The notes: generated from the letters alone by a model not told the origin. A stretch of DNA of 64,000 nucleotides from Tubiluchus corallicola (GCA_030141605.1 JAQGDQ010000126.1:186001-250000); one strand, 5' to 3'. Shown: positions 29,401 to 40,100, numbered from the stretch's first letter. A program made the numbers and translations.

Positions 29401-32397
29401 GCATAATGAGCAGAAGTGCTTGGTTGTGGATTATCATGTTGCATATCAACAGCCGCATTATCTTCAACGTGTACAAGGCTCATATCTTGGACACCTACAG
29501 CGTAGCAGTCGCCCGTGATTTCAGCTGAAGTGCTACATTAGGTAATAGTCTCTTGATATTTCTCACCTAGTAAACCTTTAAAGTGCAGATATCGAACGAA
29601 ATTGCAACCCCATTCAGTAACAAGTTCACCTTTAACCCAACTTGTTCCTGTAAATCATTGAAAATGTTGCCCTTGAAAATGATGAGATGTGGAGCAGTCA
29701 TCCCAACTGCACTGATAGCACTGAGGAGAGTTGTAGTTTCACCTTTCTCGCATCCAGTCAGATTACAAACCTGACCCTTCACTTCAGTAGATTCAAAAAG
29801 ATCTTGTAGACATGTTTCATCCAGATTCCAGATGAGCTTTGGTTGTCCTTTTAAGTAGTTTTCACTCATCAATTTGAATAGCCCATCAAAATGATTTTTA
29901 CCACAACATCGTTGGCTCATCCCGAAGTCAAATTTTCTGGTTTCCGGATAGCAAGCTGGGGATGACCATACATGAAAGCCTGTAACCAGTCTTATCTTGC
30001 TAACTTGGTGTTCTCTGAAAAACCTTTTTTTGTTTTTTGTTTCATCATATTGTCTAGTCGTCAAACATCCATCGGTGTCAGTCCGAATCTCTGTTTTGAT
30101 AAGTGAATTAGTAGATTCACCAGTTCAGTTTCTGCTTCCACAGTGAACAACATTTTGCACCCAGTCTTAGGTTTTAGGCTGCTGTTAGGTATGATTAGTC
30201 TCTAACCATTTGTGTTGAAAGAGGTAACTGATAAGCATGGGCAAGCGCTCTAAGAAATAACCTCTTCTGATTGCTCTTCTGATATGAAAACTCCTCTATT
30301 GCCATGACCATTCGGTTTTCATAATTTCAATAACTAAACACGAAAAATAGTGGTGATACATGCTGAAGAGTTGAGCGATGGATATTAGCCGATGGCCGAC
30401 ATTACCCCAATCTGATTTGGCTAATGTCGGCCAATGCAAATTAACTACACAGGTATACTGTATGAAATATTGCAGTATGTCTATTAAAATGCATTAAAAA
30501 CCATCTAATTCATTGTTTGAAACAGACTTTAACATCCTCAGTATAGATGATTATTCATTATAGTAGTTACCAAAAATATTGTAAAACACAAAGCCAACTA
30601 TGAAATATTGTAGTAAATCACCAAACTCTTCTCGAAATTTGTTGCTGATGTGAGTGATAGACAACTAAAACAAGGGAAACACATCTAGCTGAACAATGCT
30701 GGCTCTGCTGATTGGCTCATCACACTATAAAAATCCAAACTAGCTCATGTGCCATGTTTAGGGTCCATAGAAACTGGCTGGCCGACATTACCCCAATATA
30801 CGTGATTACCACAATATGTGTGATTGTGATGTGTATCAAAAATTGTGATAATGATGTAGGAAAAATCAAACTGCTCACCATACCTGATAGGAAGCTTGTC
30901 CAGCCTGGATTTATACACTACAGCAAAAAAATTCATACTGATGAAAAGTTCACCTGCCTGAAAATTGAAGCTGTTAAAGTATATGAAGAGTCATGTTTTG
31001 ATATTGGCTCCATAATTTATATTGCCTATAGCCCAAAACTGAAGTTTTGAACAATATTTAGCCTAAAGCTTTTTGAACTGCGTTTGACTCCTTTTAATAA
31101 TGTACTGAACACCCCTTTCATGCAAAATCTAAGTTTCTGTTGAAGCCAAGTTATGCATCTGGCCTTTACAAAAGCGGTCATCTCTGCTCTTTTGCTGGTC
31201 TACTTAGATTACAATCCACGACAGTGTAAACTCTGTTTCATCATTATTTTTGAATCTACTTCATGTAATTTGCCAATAAAGATATCGTTTTTCTTACACA
31301 TCATTCTGTTGTTTCGTGGATGTATGTCAGAAGAGTTATAGTTTGCTTGGCCTCCGCATCTGCTGGTACCGAACCAACTTGGGTAGTTTTAGAGCTGAGC
31401 TGAGCTGAACAGGTGAATGTGCATTGTACATTTTTATTCATAGGCACCAGGCCAACCAACCTACAGGTAATGTTATGATTTTCACTTTAAACTAGGAAGC
31501 CCATAACATTACCTGTGGTTGGTTGAGCAGTGGTTCCCTTTGGAAAAAACGAACACGTGACATTATCAGTTGTCTTTCTTGTCGTGAAATGCACTTCTCT
31601 TGTCTGCCTGCCGAGTGGCGCTGATTCTGTCGAGGTTTGAAGCATTGTCATCAGGTTTTGTTTTTTCTATTTGTGTTATTCTTCTCAGTCGTCCATTTTG
31701 ATTTCTAAGTTTTGGTTTTGTTGTTTCTTTCTTAAAATTTCTGGAGTGTCCGTTATGCAGCGCTTACTCATATCACCGTTGGCATAAGGCTGTATTGTAT
31801 TGAACCCCGGAACAATAACAATGACTTCACGGTATTGGGGAGAACTGATTATCTACCTAACTGTTCTTTTAGGGAAAACTTTGGAGGTGGCTGATTTGTT
31901 GGTGAAATGCATGAAAAATGGAGTTGTTGAATAGCAAACTTGTCAAAATTTTTTAACTGTCTTTGTCAAAACACTGGTTAACAAGACAAGAATTTTTGTA
32001 AGCCTAAACAGTTGAAACCTTTAGAAATAATGCTAGTAAGGTGTGCAGCTCTTCAAGTCACTGTCCCATAGTCATCGTTTTTAGCTTGAATTAAATTGCA
32101 AGTCGTTTACATGTTTCACAAATCTAAGCTGAATTTCAATTTTCAAATCACAGATGTGAGTGCCAAGATGACTCTGAATAAAAAAATACTTCCAACTTTC
32201 GTCCATTTAAAAATGTCCCTCCCACTTTTCTAAAATTTTAATTTTTAAACTCTTTGTTATGTAATATCAAGCTCATAGAATTTTGCTGAAAATTTTTATT
32301 CAAAATGTAATTAGACAAACGTATAACCATTTTTAGTGTTCTATGTTGTGATATTTATGATTTTTCAGCTCACAGAATTCAAACTGATTTGGATTGA
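5344..32397 (+). CDS. DNAJC11: DnaJ homolog subfamily C member 11 (mitochondrial MICOS/MIB-associated), 15 coding exons, 566 aa
   Basis: join(5344-5439,8372-8482,11865-11957,12816-12917,13561-13643,14251-14493,15959-16023,16522-16646,19945-20027,20453-20569,21320-21475,23161-23340,25109-25196,26428-26557,32369-32397) = 1701 nt. All introns are GT-AG with consistent phases. It has a J-domain (DYY..LNV, YHPDK), [35 protein letters not shown] and ends SHRIQTDLD*. Confidence 0.96.
6058..6436 (-). mobile_element. Possible solo LTR in DNAJC11 intron 1
   Basis: GC-richer ~380 bp block. The minus strand starts TGTGATGAG and carries TATAAA (~6291) then AATAAA (~6146). Short internal tandems (CCACTGA)x3 and (TGAGA)x3. 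No TSD found. Confidence 0.35.
8372..8482 (+). CDS. DNAJC11: DNAJC11 exon 2 (J-domain HPD)
   Basis: ttctag acceptor; [37 protein letters not shown]; GTGAAT donor. Confidence 0.93.
9060..9770 (-). pseudogene. Degenerate LINE (CR1/L2/Crack group) ORF1 relic
   Basis: Minus strand: [21 protein letters not shown]...ISISQRLP, frameshift, [15 protein letters not shown]...[11 protein letters not shown]...WTSNGRI. This is the coiled-coil/RRM/CTD pattern of LINE ORF1. Confidence 0.7.
9791..10050 (-). pseudogene. Second LINE ORF1 C-terminal fragment from a different subfamily
   Basis: [17 protein letters not shown]...[33 protein letters not shown]...[10 protein letters not shown] matches the ORF1 RPIIVRF...I.DD.T...KL.IDG pattern. 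Confidence 0.6.
10270..10677 (-). mobile_element. Solo-LTR-like interspersed repeat, copy A (inverted relative to 31307-31820)
   Basis: About 400 bp alignable by eye to the reverse complement of 31401-31814. Shared blocks include TTATGGGCTTCCTAGTTTAAAGTG, GTAGGTTGGTTGGCCTGGTGCC and CTGCATAACGGACAC. Confidence 0.75.
11865..11957 (+). CDS. DNAJC11: DNAJC11 exon 3
   Basis: ttgtag acceptor; [31 protein letters not shown]; GTAAGG donor. Confidence 0.93.
12816..12917 (+). CDS. DNAJC11: DNAJC11 exon 4
   Basis: [34 protein letters not shown]; CAG acceptor, GTAATA donor. Confidence 0.93.
13561..13643 (+). CDS. DNAJC11: DNAJC11 exon 5
   Basis: ttttgtttag acceptor; [27 protein letters not shown]; GTAATA donor (phase 2). 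Confidence 0.9.
14251..14493 (+). CDS. DNAJC11: DNAJC11 exon 6
   Basis: [19 protein letters not shown]...[14 protein letters not shown]...SWGEIG...YRTFTNK; GTAAGT donor. Confidence 0.93.
14640..15510 (+). mobile_element. Degenerate CR1-type LINE reverse transcriptase fragment
   Basis: [37 protein letters not shown]...[20 protein letters not shown] and RLFSDDT motifs, with frameshifts. Confidence 0.85.
15959..16023 (+). CDS. DNAJC11: DNAJC11 exon 7
   Basis: ttcag acceptor; [21 protein letters not shown]; GTATGT donor. Confidence 0.9.
16522..16646 (+). CDS. DNAJC11: DNAJC11 exon 8
   Basis: ttttcag acceptor; [41 protein letters not shown]; GTATGT donor. Confidence 0.92.
17160..17370. repeat. 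GGAACT(A/T)G-rich block, probably a MITE subterminal region
   Basis: Multiple GAACT/AGTTC motifs in both orientations, ending ...ACATATCACTG. Confidence 0.35.
17385..17770. repeat. Degenerate ~40-bp tandem repeat
   Basis: Recurring unit approximating CAGTGATCAGAAATGAGTCCTACTTACTTGAGTAATGTGCTA, for example at ~17385, 17426, 17549 and 17718. Confidence 0.5.
19945..20027 (+). CDS. DNAJC11: DNAJC11 exon 9
   Basis: tttcag acceptor; [27 protein letters not shown]; GTTGGT donor fixed by the phase of exon 10. Confidence 0.88.
20453..20569 (+). CDS. DNAJC11: DNAJC11 exon 10
   Basis: [38 protein letters not shown]; TAG acceptor, GTGATT donor. Confidence 0.92.
   Translation, partial: VWYIWCFIRIWSREENNPKQYFRCNHVVRNSVWCIIKN
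21320..21475 (+). CDS. DNAJC11: DNAJC11 exon 11
   Basis: [51 protein letters not shown]; GTAAGA donor. Confidence 0.92.
21492..21973. mobile_element. Tc1/mariner-type MITE with ~43-bp TIRs and TA target duplication
   Basis: Left CATCAAAATGGAATTTATTGCCGACCGGTTTCGAACAAAACTG versus reverse complement of right CATCAAAATGATATTTATTGCCGACTGGTTTCAAACAAAACTG. TA flanks at 21490-91 and 21974-75. Confidence 0.8.
23161..23340 (+). CDS. DNAJC11: DNAJC11 exon 12
   Basis: [27 protein letters not shown]...[17 protein letters not shown]; GTAAGT donor. Confidence 0.92.
25109..25196 (+). CDS. DNAJC11: DNAJC11 exon 13
   Basis: ttacag acceptor; [29 protein letters not shown]; GTAATT donor. Confidence 0.92.
26428..26557 (+). 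CDS. DNAJC11: DNAJC11 exon 14
   Basis: ttttaag acceptor; [43 protein letters not shown]; GTAAGT donor. Confidence 0.92.
28778..30803 (-). mobile_element. Internally deleted pogo/Tigger (CENP-B HTH + DDE_1) DNA transposon in DNAJC11 intron 14
   Basis: Minus-strand remnants [13 protein letters not shown]...[14 protein letters not shown] and [27 protein letters not shown]. Imperfect TIRs TAAATCAGGGCAATGTTGGCCAG (28781) and CTGGCCGACATTACCCCAATATA (~30778-30800). Confidence 0.8.
31307..31820 (+). mobile_element. Solo-LTR-like interspersed repeat, copy B
   Basis: TGTTG...ATAACA termini; homologous in inverted orientation to 10270-10677; contains a 24-bp inverted repeat. No convincing TSD. Confidence 0.65.
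32369..32397 (+). CDS. DNAJC11: DNAJC11 exon 15 (last coding exon)
   Basis: tttttcag acceptor; (S)HRIQTDLD* with TGA at 32395-32397, matching the SHRI C-terminus of the family. Confidence 0.9.
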
Positions 32398-33147
32398 TGT
32401 TAATAATTGTCTAGCAAGATTGCATTTATTCAATGGTGTAGAAGTTCAGCCACACTGTAATGGACAAACAGGAGACTAATAGACTGAAGACAGAAGCATT
32501 CATAAATCAGGCATTGGGTTTGCTTAGTGCATGCTCACGATGTTAGTAAGACAATTTTAGTTGAGTCGTAAAAGCACAGTGGGACCGGTGACATATGCTA
32601 TTGTGTATCACTTTTAACTGTTGTGCAGACAGTTATTATGGCTGTGTGTTTTACTAGCAGGTACAATTCAGTGATATTTAGTTACAGTAGTCTGCTAACA
32701 GTAACCTGAAATAGTAGGTAATATTTCACGAAGCTTTTTTATAAACTCCAACATGTCTTCGCCCTGAAACATATTGTTACTACTGCATTGCTGTATGTAG
32801 TACCACTACACATTTCATCTCTGCAAAAACTATGTATTTTCAAACTGCCAAATTGAAAATTTCAAATTGACAAAATGTTTTTTTCAGTTTATTCTTCAGT
32901 GTATCATTGATTACTGTAACTCTCCTATTTTGAATGAAAGTGAAAAATCATTTTCAAGTGAATAGAATGTGTGTGATTCATGGAAATGCTTATCTGAGAA
33001 CAGTTTTGGGATTTAATTTCAACATAAATGCTTTTTGTTTTTGTGGATCAGGATGTTATGTAGTAATACAGCAAAATCCCCATCAATTGGCCTTGGGGAA
33101 ATTTTTTTATAGGGCTAGTTGAATTTTTGGAGCTTCCAGCACAGCAT

Positions 33148-33213
33148 TGGCTTTAGCAACCATGTCATTACTGGCCTTTTTATGGCTTTAGCAACCATGT
33201 CATTACTGGCCTT
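33148..33213. repeat. 31-bp direct duplication downstream of the DNAJC11 stop
   Basis: TGGCTTTAGCAACCATGTCATTACTGGCCTT at 33148 and 33183. Confidence 0.85.
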
Positions 33214-35089
33214 GTAATGCCGTCTAGCCTAGGTTCTCATGTGCAGCTGATAATATGAAATGTTTTTCTCAAAAGTTTCTGTTTGTTTTAGCAATGGTAT
33301 TGATAACGAGGTTAGATTGGAAAATAGTTTTGGAAACCTTGATTTTCAGCATTATACAAACTGACAACCAAAATTTAAACATACAGGAAAGGCAGCATTT
33401 GTTATAGTAACGATACAAAAATTGCTCACCTTAGCAACTATGTAATAGCAACTTTCAAGAAAGCATTAAGTGCTCTTTGCATGCTCTAATTACCAAAATA
33501 TTGGTACCAGTTCCTTTTTGCGCAAAGCTGTCTGAAACTTGATCATAAATAGTCTGTAAATTAAAAAAAATTGACGTTATTGTAAGAACTGCACTTACAT
33601 CCGGCAACTTTTAAATGTTTGAGCAAGTTGCCTTATCAAGTTTGCACGATGGTGTATAACAAAAACCTGCTAATTTCTAACTGCATTTACCTTTGCAGTT
33701 TTTTTGTAGCTGCAACTAATTTTGGTATAATGTCGAGGGCTAGACATTATTCTTTAAGTAAGGTGTTATAACCCCTGACTAATTTGTTATCTAACAATAC
33801 TCTACTGGCAAAGCAAGTGTTGATACTTGAGCAGATTTTTAAATGTAACTAAGCATTAAAAGTTTGCTCTTCTTGTGTAAAACGGTAATTTACGTCACTA
33901 TCATTTGCAACTATTGAAATCTTTTTTGCAAACAGTTTGCATTTTAGTTATTTTAAATCTAATGAATATCTTGCAACAAATCAAAATGTTACAGCTGATC
34001 ATGTTTGGCTCAACCACTAAGCAATGTAAACTGTTCAAATCATCTATAATTATTTTGTTTTGTAACTTGCAATGACTTTCGTTGTTTATAGCATAGTAGT
34101 GCTGGTAGCATCACACCATGTCAGTGAATGAGCAAAATAAAAGAATTTGTGTTGAAATTAATTCCCACGAGTCGGAATTTTAGCGCTATTCTTACCAACC
34201 TTTGCTGCAAACATTTAGACATGGAAATACAGTTTACATAAAACAAATCTAAAATTTCCAGTCAAAAAATGTAATAGCATACAGTTCCGTGGTAGTGGTG
34301 TGTAGCATCATAGCTGGATGTGTGTTTTGCTCAAAGTTTCTGTTTCGTGGTATAAATGTAGGTTTTTGTTCCGTGATTAGTTATACATGTAATTGCTACG
34401 GTATTTAAGAGGATCAGTCTTAACAATTTAATAAAACATCTTTTAATCTATAATCTAAAGCATTGATTATCGAGGTTTTTTGTTTGTTACATGATTTACA
34501 TTTAGTGAAAATTGCTACAATCTTTAAGCTACAACATTCAACCATGCAGTTATAGGATTTTTATGCCTGTCTGCTACAATCTCAATCTCAAGGTCATGCT
34601 GTTTTCTGTGAGATTTTATTTAGACATGTTTACCATTTAGTGTATTATAGAGTAAAAACGTTTAATAGTTAGTGCTGCTTTCATAAATTACAATTTTTTT
34701 CTCAACGTTGTAGTCTGCAAATTAGAGGTGTTTAAATATTATATTTTCACCTTTTGATTAACAGTGCGTGTACGTTATTAAGTATCTAAAACAGAGCAAA
34801 GTTTTTGTTCTTCATAATATTGTCATTTTGAATTTATAATTGCTGCAAAATTGTTTTGCAGTTTCTACAGTCTGCCTTTCATAATGAGGTTTTTTCTTCT
34901 ATTAAATATGTATTAAACTAGCCACACTTTCCTTTGTTATCAAGTCGACATTGCAAAATGCAAGTAAAGGTGCCGGCGTCACATTTAACGTTAGCGATGA
35001 ATTTTAGTGACAAAAAGAGTGTAGATAAGTGGTTTTGTTGATATGCTTTCTAATAAAATTGACGTTTTATAGAATATCTGTGTGTGTTG

Positions 35090-35111
35090 GTAATAAAATG
35101 CATTTTATTAC
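35090..35111. terminator. Perfect 22-bp palindrome with AATAAA on both strands (candidate bidirectional poly(A) signal)
   Basis: GTAATAAAATGCATTTTATTAC lies between the convergent DNAJC11 and HENMT1 stops. The palindrome is seen directly; its use as a poly(A) signal is inferred. Confidence 0.4.
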
Positions 35112-36100
35112 GTCATGTAATTCTTCGGTTTATCATTCATAAACACTTCCATCCTATCAAAAAATTTTACATATAGTCACACAGTTTGTACAGTGTCTGT
35201 AACAATTTTATTATTTTATCATGAAAGAAATCAAAATGTCATACCAGTGGCAAAAAATAATAGTGGAAACCTATTTTGAATTATACTAGAATGCATAGTT
35301 GCATACACGGTTTTATTTCTAGTGCTACAATGTTAAAAGATGGACATCTATTCAAATTACGGTATGTCAGGTTCTATTAATACACTAATGAACACTATTG
35401 CTACAAGATAGTAATAATATTGTATAGTGTCTAAATCTATGCCGACTGACAAATGGCTTCATATTCAACAACGCTTCATAGGAAAATCTAAAATCATCAT
35501 GAAAACACAGAATTCTTGCCAAAATGTAAATGCAATTTAACTTAATTGGCTCGAAACATCAGCTTTAAAAGATTGATGTCAATTGCATAAATGCTAGTGG
35601 AATTGACATTGCTTCAGTTGAATTAGTTCAGATGAACTACTGATGTAGGTATTTACAATAAATCTATGACTGATGATCATTTGTGATCGTTTTTGGTCAC
35701 AGTTACTAATATCCAGTAATATACAGTTTAATATATTAAACTGTATTATATAATCTGTTTATCTATATCTCACATAATTTTAAATTTTAATTGGATATAC
35801 AAAGCTAACTATATTTCGACAATAACACAATGTATTAGCTACAGTCCTAAGATCTACAAGCTCTAAATGCATTTATATTCTTACTTCATTTAGGGGAAGA
35901 GATTAACTGTTCATTCTCTTTTTCCTTATATTATTATACAAGATGTTTATATGATTTGCGTGCAATTTCAAATGTTATTACTTGGAGCAACACGTGATAC
36001 AATTAATCCCGTGAAATACACAAGTCTTAATTTGCATAGAGACTTTACAAACACCCTTGTATGATTTGTTATGATAGTATGACAGCAGTGGTGTCATTTC

Positions 36101-36951
36101 CAGCGGTGTAACTAAAGGGGTGGTCCATCCCGGGCCACATTTAATTTTCCACAAAAATGATGTTTACATCGTCTCTTGCCGACAACGAAAGATAAGTAGT
36201 AATTAAATATCCTTCTAATATTTCAATATTTGCAACGTAGTTTTCTTTGCTTTTAAAGTTTTTGCACAGTACACATTTTGAGTCAACTCATGCTTGTAGC
36301 TGCAAGCTTTTCATACATTAACGCAGTTTTTAACCATGAATTAAACGCTGGCATTTGATTTTTATAACACTGATATCATTGCAATTAGTTCTATTAACGT
36401 AATAATGATTGTGATTAAGCGGCTTCTTGGCTTGCCAATGTAGTTAACGAGTTTTAGAATATCTCAATCAGAATTTGAATTTAAATATCTTCATGTTTCA
36501 ATTTAGTGTAGATCTATTTTGTGATTAATTTGTGAAACTTGTGACTTATAAAACTAATTCCCGAATACTAATCTGAACTTTGTCTTTGGAATATCTTGAC
36601 AACTTTAATCAACTGTTAATATGTTTAAAATTCCCTGCTAAACATACCGACATCTTAAAAGTCACTCCAGAATGGTTTTCAACTACCATTATAATTCTCT
36701 TTTCTACACTAACATTTGAAACACTTTGAACATTGAAACTTTTGAGTTTTGAAACAATTACGGTGAATTTCTTTCTCCACAAACTATTTTATTTATTTTT
36801 TTCAGTAGCACTTTAACATTTCATCAATTTATCTCAACAGCTTGTCACAACTGCAAGGCAACACACTAAATTTCCAACAAAAACATTTTCATCGGAGAGG
36901 CATCAAACTCAAATGTTGCCCCGGGTGCCAGAAGCTCTAGCTGCGCTATTG
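36101..36951. mobile_element. Non-autonomous hAT-type element with perfect 8-bp TSD
   Basis: GTCATTTC on both sides (36093-36100 and 36952-36959). Degenerate TIRs CAGCGGTGTAACTAAAG and CTCTAGCTGCGCTATTG; CCCGGG subterminal motifs. Confidence 0.75.
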
Positions 36952-37076
36952 GTCATTTCAAGATTATGATTTCATTATAATGAAAACAGAAAGAAACTTC
37001 AGCACTAAATTAATTTTTTTTAATGTAAGTATGAATACGTTGTCCTCATTAGAAATTATACTGAAATCAATGAACA

Positions 37077-37191
37077 TTATCCAGAGATGCTGCTGTCAGA
37101 GTGACTGTTGCTGAGGTCGTCTACTGATGGCACAAGTAGGCAGTTGTGGCTTTTGTTTAGCTTCCCAGCATTGTGTTCAACAATAAACTGA
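37077..37191 (-). CDS. HENMT1: HENMT1 last coding exon
   Basis: tttctgtttgcag acceptor in the required phase; QFIVEHNAGKLNKSHNCLLVPSVDDLSNSHSDSSISG*. Confidence 0.78.
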
Positions 37192-40100
37192 CTGCAAACA
37201 GAAATAATCTGCGAATTATTTAGATTCTGCAGAATCATTTTGTTTTGCAATCCTTTTTTATTATTTGTTTTCCGGCTACCATGTATAACTAAAAAAAGTA
37301 TGTACAATATGGTCAATACCTTGTGTCATGGAAGCTGCTGGGTTGGTACAGAGATAATGGTTCAAACAAAGTTCTGGTGAATGTGCACCTGCAACTTAGT
37401 TATATGGGTACAGAGTCGGTATTGGTCAGTTATACAAGTATAGCTCAACTCCTCAATCAGATGAAAACGTCAAAATTACAAATAAATGGTGTTGTCACTC
37501 AGCTCCTTTTATAGTATTGAGCTAGTATGTTATGTTTTTGCATACATGGCTAAATGGCTATGTGCATATATGCATTAAGAATTCTTCGAAAAGTTGGTCT
37601 TGCTAGGTCATGTGACAGGAATGAAAATGTAAAAACTAAGTTTATGTTAATAACTGAAAAAGTGCAGCAGACTTGCAGATACCCTGCAGGAGTACCAAAG
37701 ACAATAGTGTTTAACATTCGAATTGCAAAAAAAAACAGAAGTTTTGCTTAACAGCATTTTAGTTAATAAAATGCTATGTTAGCCAAGGTAAATTACTCGT
37801 TACTATGTAAAGGAACACAGTTCTGTACCTAAAGATGAGTCCTGAAACATTAATCTACAAAATCAAGTGCCTGATTTACAGCAAAACATTAGTGAAAGTA
37901 AAAAAATTTACAAGAGAGTTTTTAGGAGAGAGTTACGAGAGAGTAAATTTACCTGAGTATCTGCACGTTGTTGTCACATAGTTCAGCGATTCTTGGAAAA
38001 GCTAAAAGTTTATATAAAGGAATGGTCACAAATTCAGTACCACTAGCATCACAATTACCAAAATCACAGCTAAGCGTTTTAGATTCAAAGGTTCCTGTAT
38101 CATCACACATTCTCTCAATTTGAAATTCACAATTGCTGCCTTGAGGTAGTTTCGCTATATCATCTTTGTCAACATTGTCACTGCAGTCCCCATCTGCTAA
38201 GTCCCCAAATGATGCAAAGTCCCTTCTAAGGATATTCGTGTAGTAAAAAATTTCATTGAGTAATTGTGAATCTTTACTGGCAGGTTTTTTCCAAGGATAT
38301 TCAACTTCAGTAACCTGGAATAAATAATGTGATCATCTGACTATTGGTTCTACATACTGTAACAGTGCATTGTAAATGTATTGTATGCAATGTAAATACA
38401 TATGTTTTAAAATGTGCAATATTTTACATGGTGTAAATTCATTCATTGTGTCAATATTGTACAGGTGGTCATTGTGTCGTAATGTTGTGTAAAGTATTTT
38501 TTGTTGGATATGTTATAGTTATTATATACAGTTGGTTGTAAAAGCTGCTATAGCTTGTGTTTTACTGTTTTCATGAAAATCAACTTAAATAAATTTTTGT
38601 CTGTCTATTTATACCTAGTCTATCAATTATGTCTATTGATTGCTAAGTTAAAAAAATGTGAATAAGTGAATGATTGAACAAACAAGTGGATAGGGTACAG
38701 AAAAAGATTACTAGTAAAAACAAATAGCTAATACAACTTTTCAAAAGCACTTTTTCAATGTAAAACTAGTTTCCAGTCTTTTTATACTTACAAGTTCATA
38801 AACAATTTGCTGTTGAGGACGATTACTCATATGTTCGTTGATTCTTGTAAACACTGCCATCTGTGAGCAACATCCAACATCTTCTGAACCAGATGGTGGC
38901 TCACCAATACCATCATATTTAACAGAGTAAGCTGGATACAAGGTAATTATTTCTTCACACCTGAAATTGCACAAGCAAGTCCAGCAATATGAAGTGCAAA
39001 TACAGCAGTCACTAGTAATAGTAGGAATCTACATGCGTATGTCTTACCAATTGACACACAGCAAAAACAGGCAAGAAGTATGCTCAAAATCTAGCTATCT
39101 TATTGGCTAAATTTGAAATGTAAACTACTGTAATTGACAGAGAGGTTAATATTACTAGGTTAATGCTTCTGTATTAAGAAAGTCAACACAGAAATTAACA
39201 CAAGATTAGCCTTTTTAATTTTATAAAGTTTTAAAAAGATTTGCAGTTATCATAATTTTTTTTAACAATGACAAATGAGACCTATTAATCAGTACTTAAT
39301 ATGCTGCACATTATACCCAACATACCATTATCAGCCAACAGTCGCACCGATCTTGGTGAAATTAACATAATGAAACACTGTGATGGCACATGCAGGTTAA
39401 TGCTGCTGAATGGTAGTTTACTAATGTGTTGTATTTTCAACCCAAGGCTGGACAAGCATCAAAAACACAACACAGCGCATTAAATTTCGAGCTCTCATTG
39501 CCAATATTATCCAATTGCGAAACAGGTCACTTAGTATAACAATAGTTATAGTTATTATAAAATATTGCTCTTGCGACTCTTTTTATTGCTCCCCAGATGA
39601 GTGCCATCTTCCTAAGGCTTGGTGTACACAATGTTTCATTAATCTTAGTTTGTTCTAGTTCAGAATAGAACATACTAAAAAGGCTAATTTTTAGCAGTGG
39701 GGTGTGCGATTGAATTTACTTACATCCCTTTCAAATGTTATGTTGTTATAATGCCTGGGCTTTGCAACGTTTGTGCAATTTTGGCACTGTGTAAATCCAG
39801 TAGTGGGTAATTTAGTGGTGTTCAATTGTGACAGCTGTGCAATTTTGGCAGAGTTCAATTTTAGCAAACTACGTAATCTAGGCAGAGCTTAATTCTAGCA
39901 AACTACGTAATTTAGGCAGAGCTCACTTCTAGTAAACTACGTAATTTAGACAGAGCTCAATTCTAGCAAACTACGTAATTTAGGCAGAGCTTAATTCTAG
40001 CAAACTGCATAATTTAGGCAGAGCTCAATTCTAGCAAACTACATAATTTAGGCAGAGCTCAATTCTAGCAAACTACGTAATTTAGGCAGAGCTCAATTCT

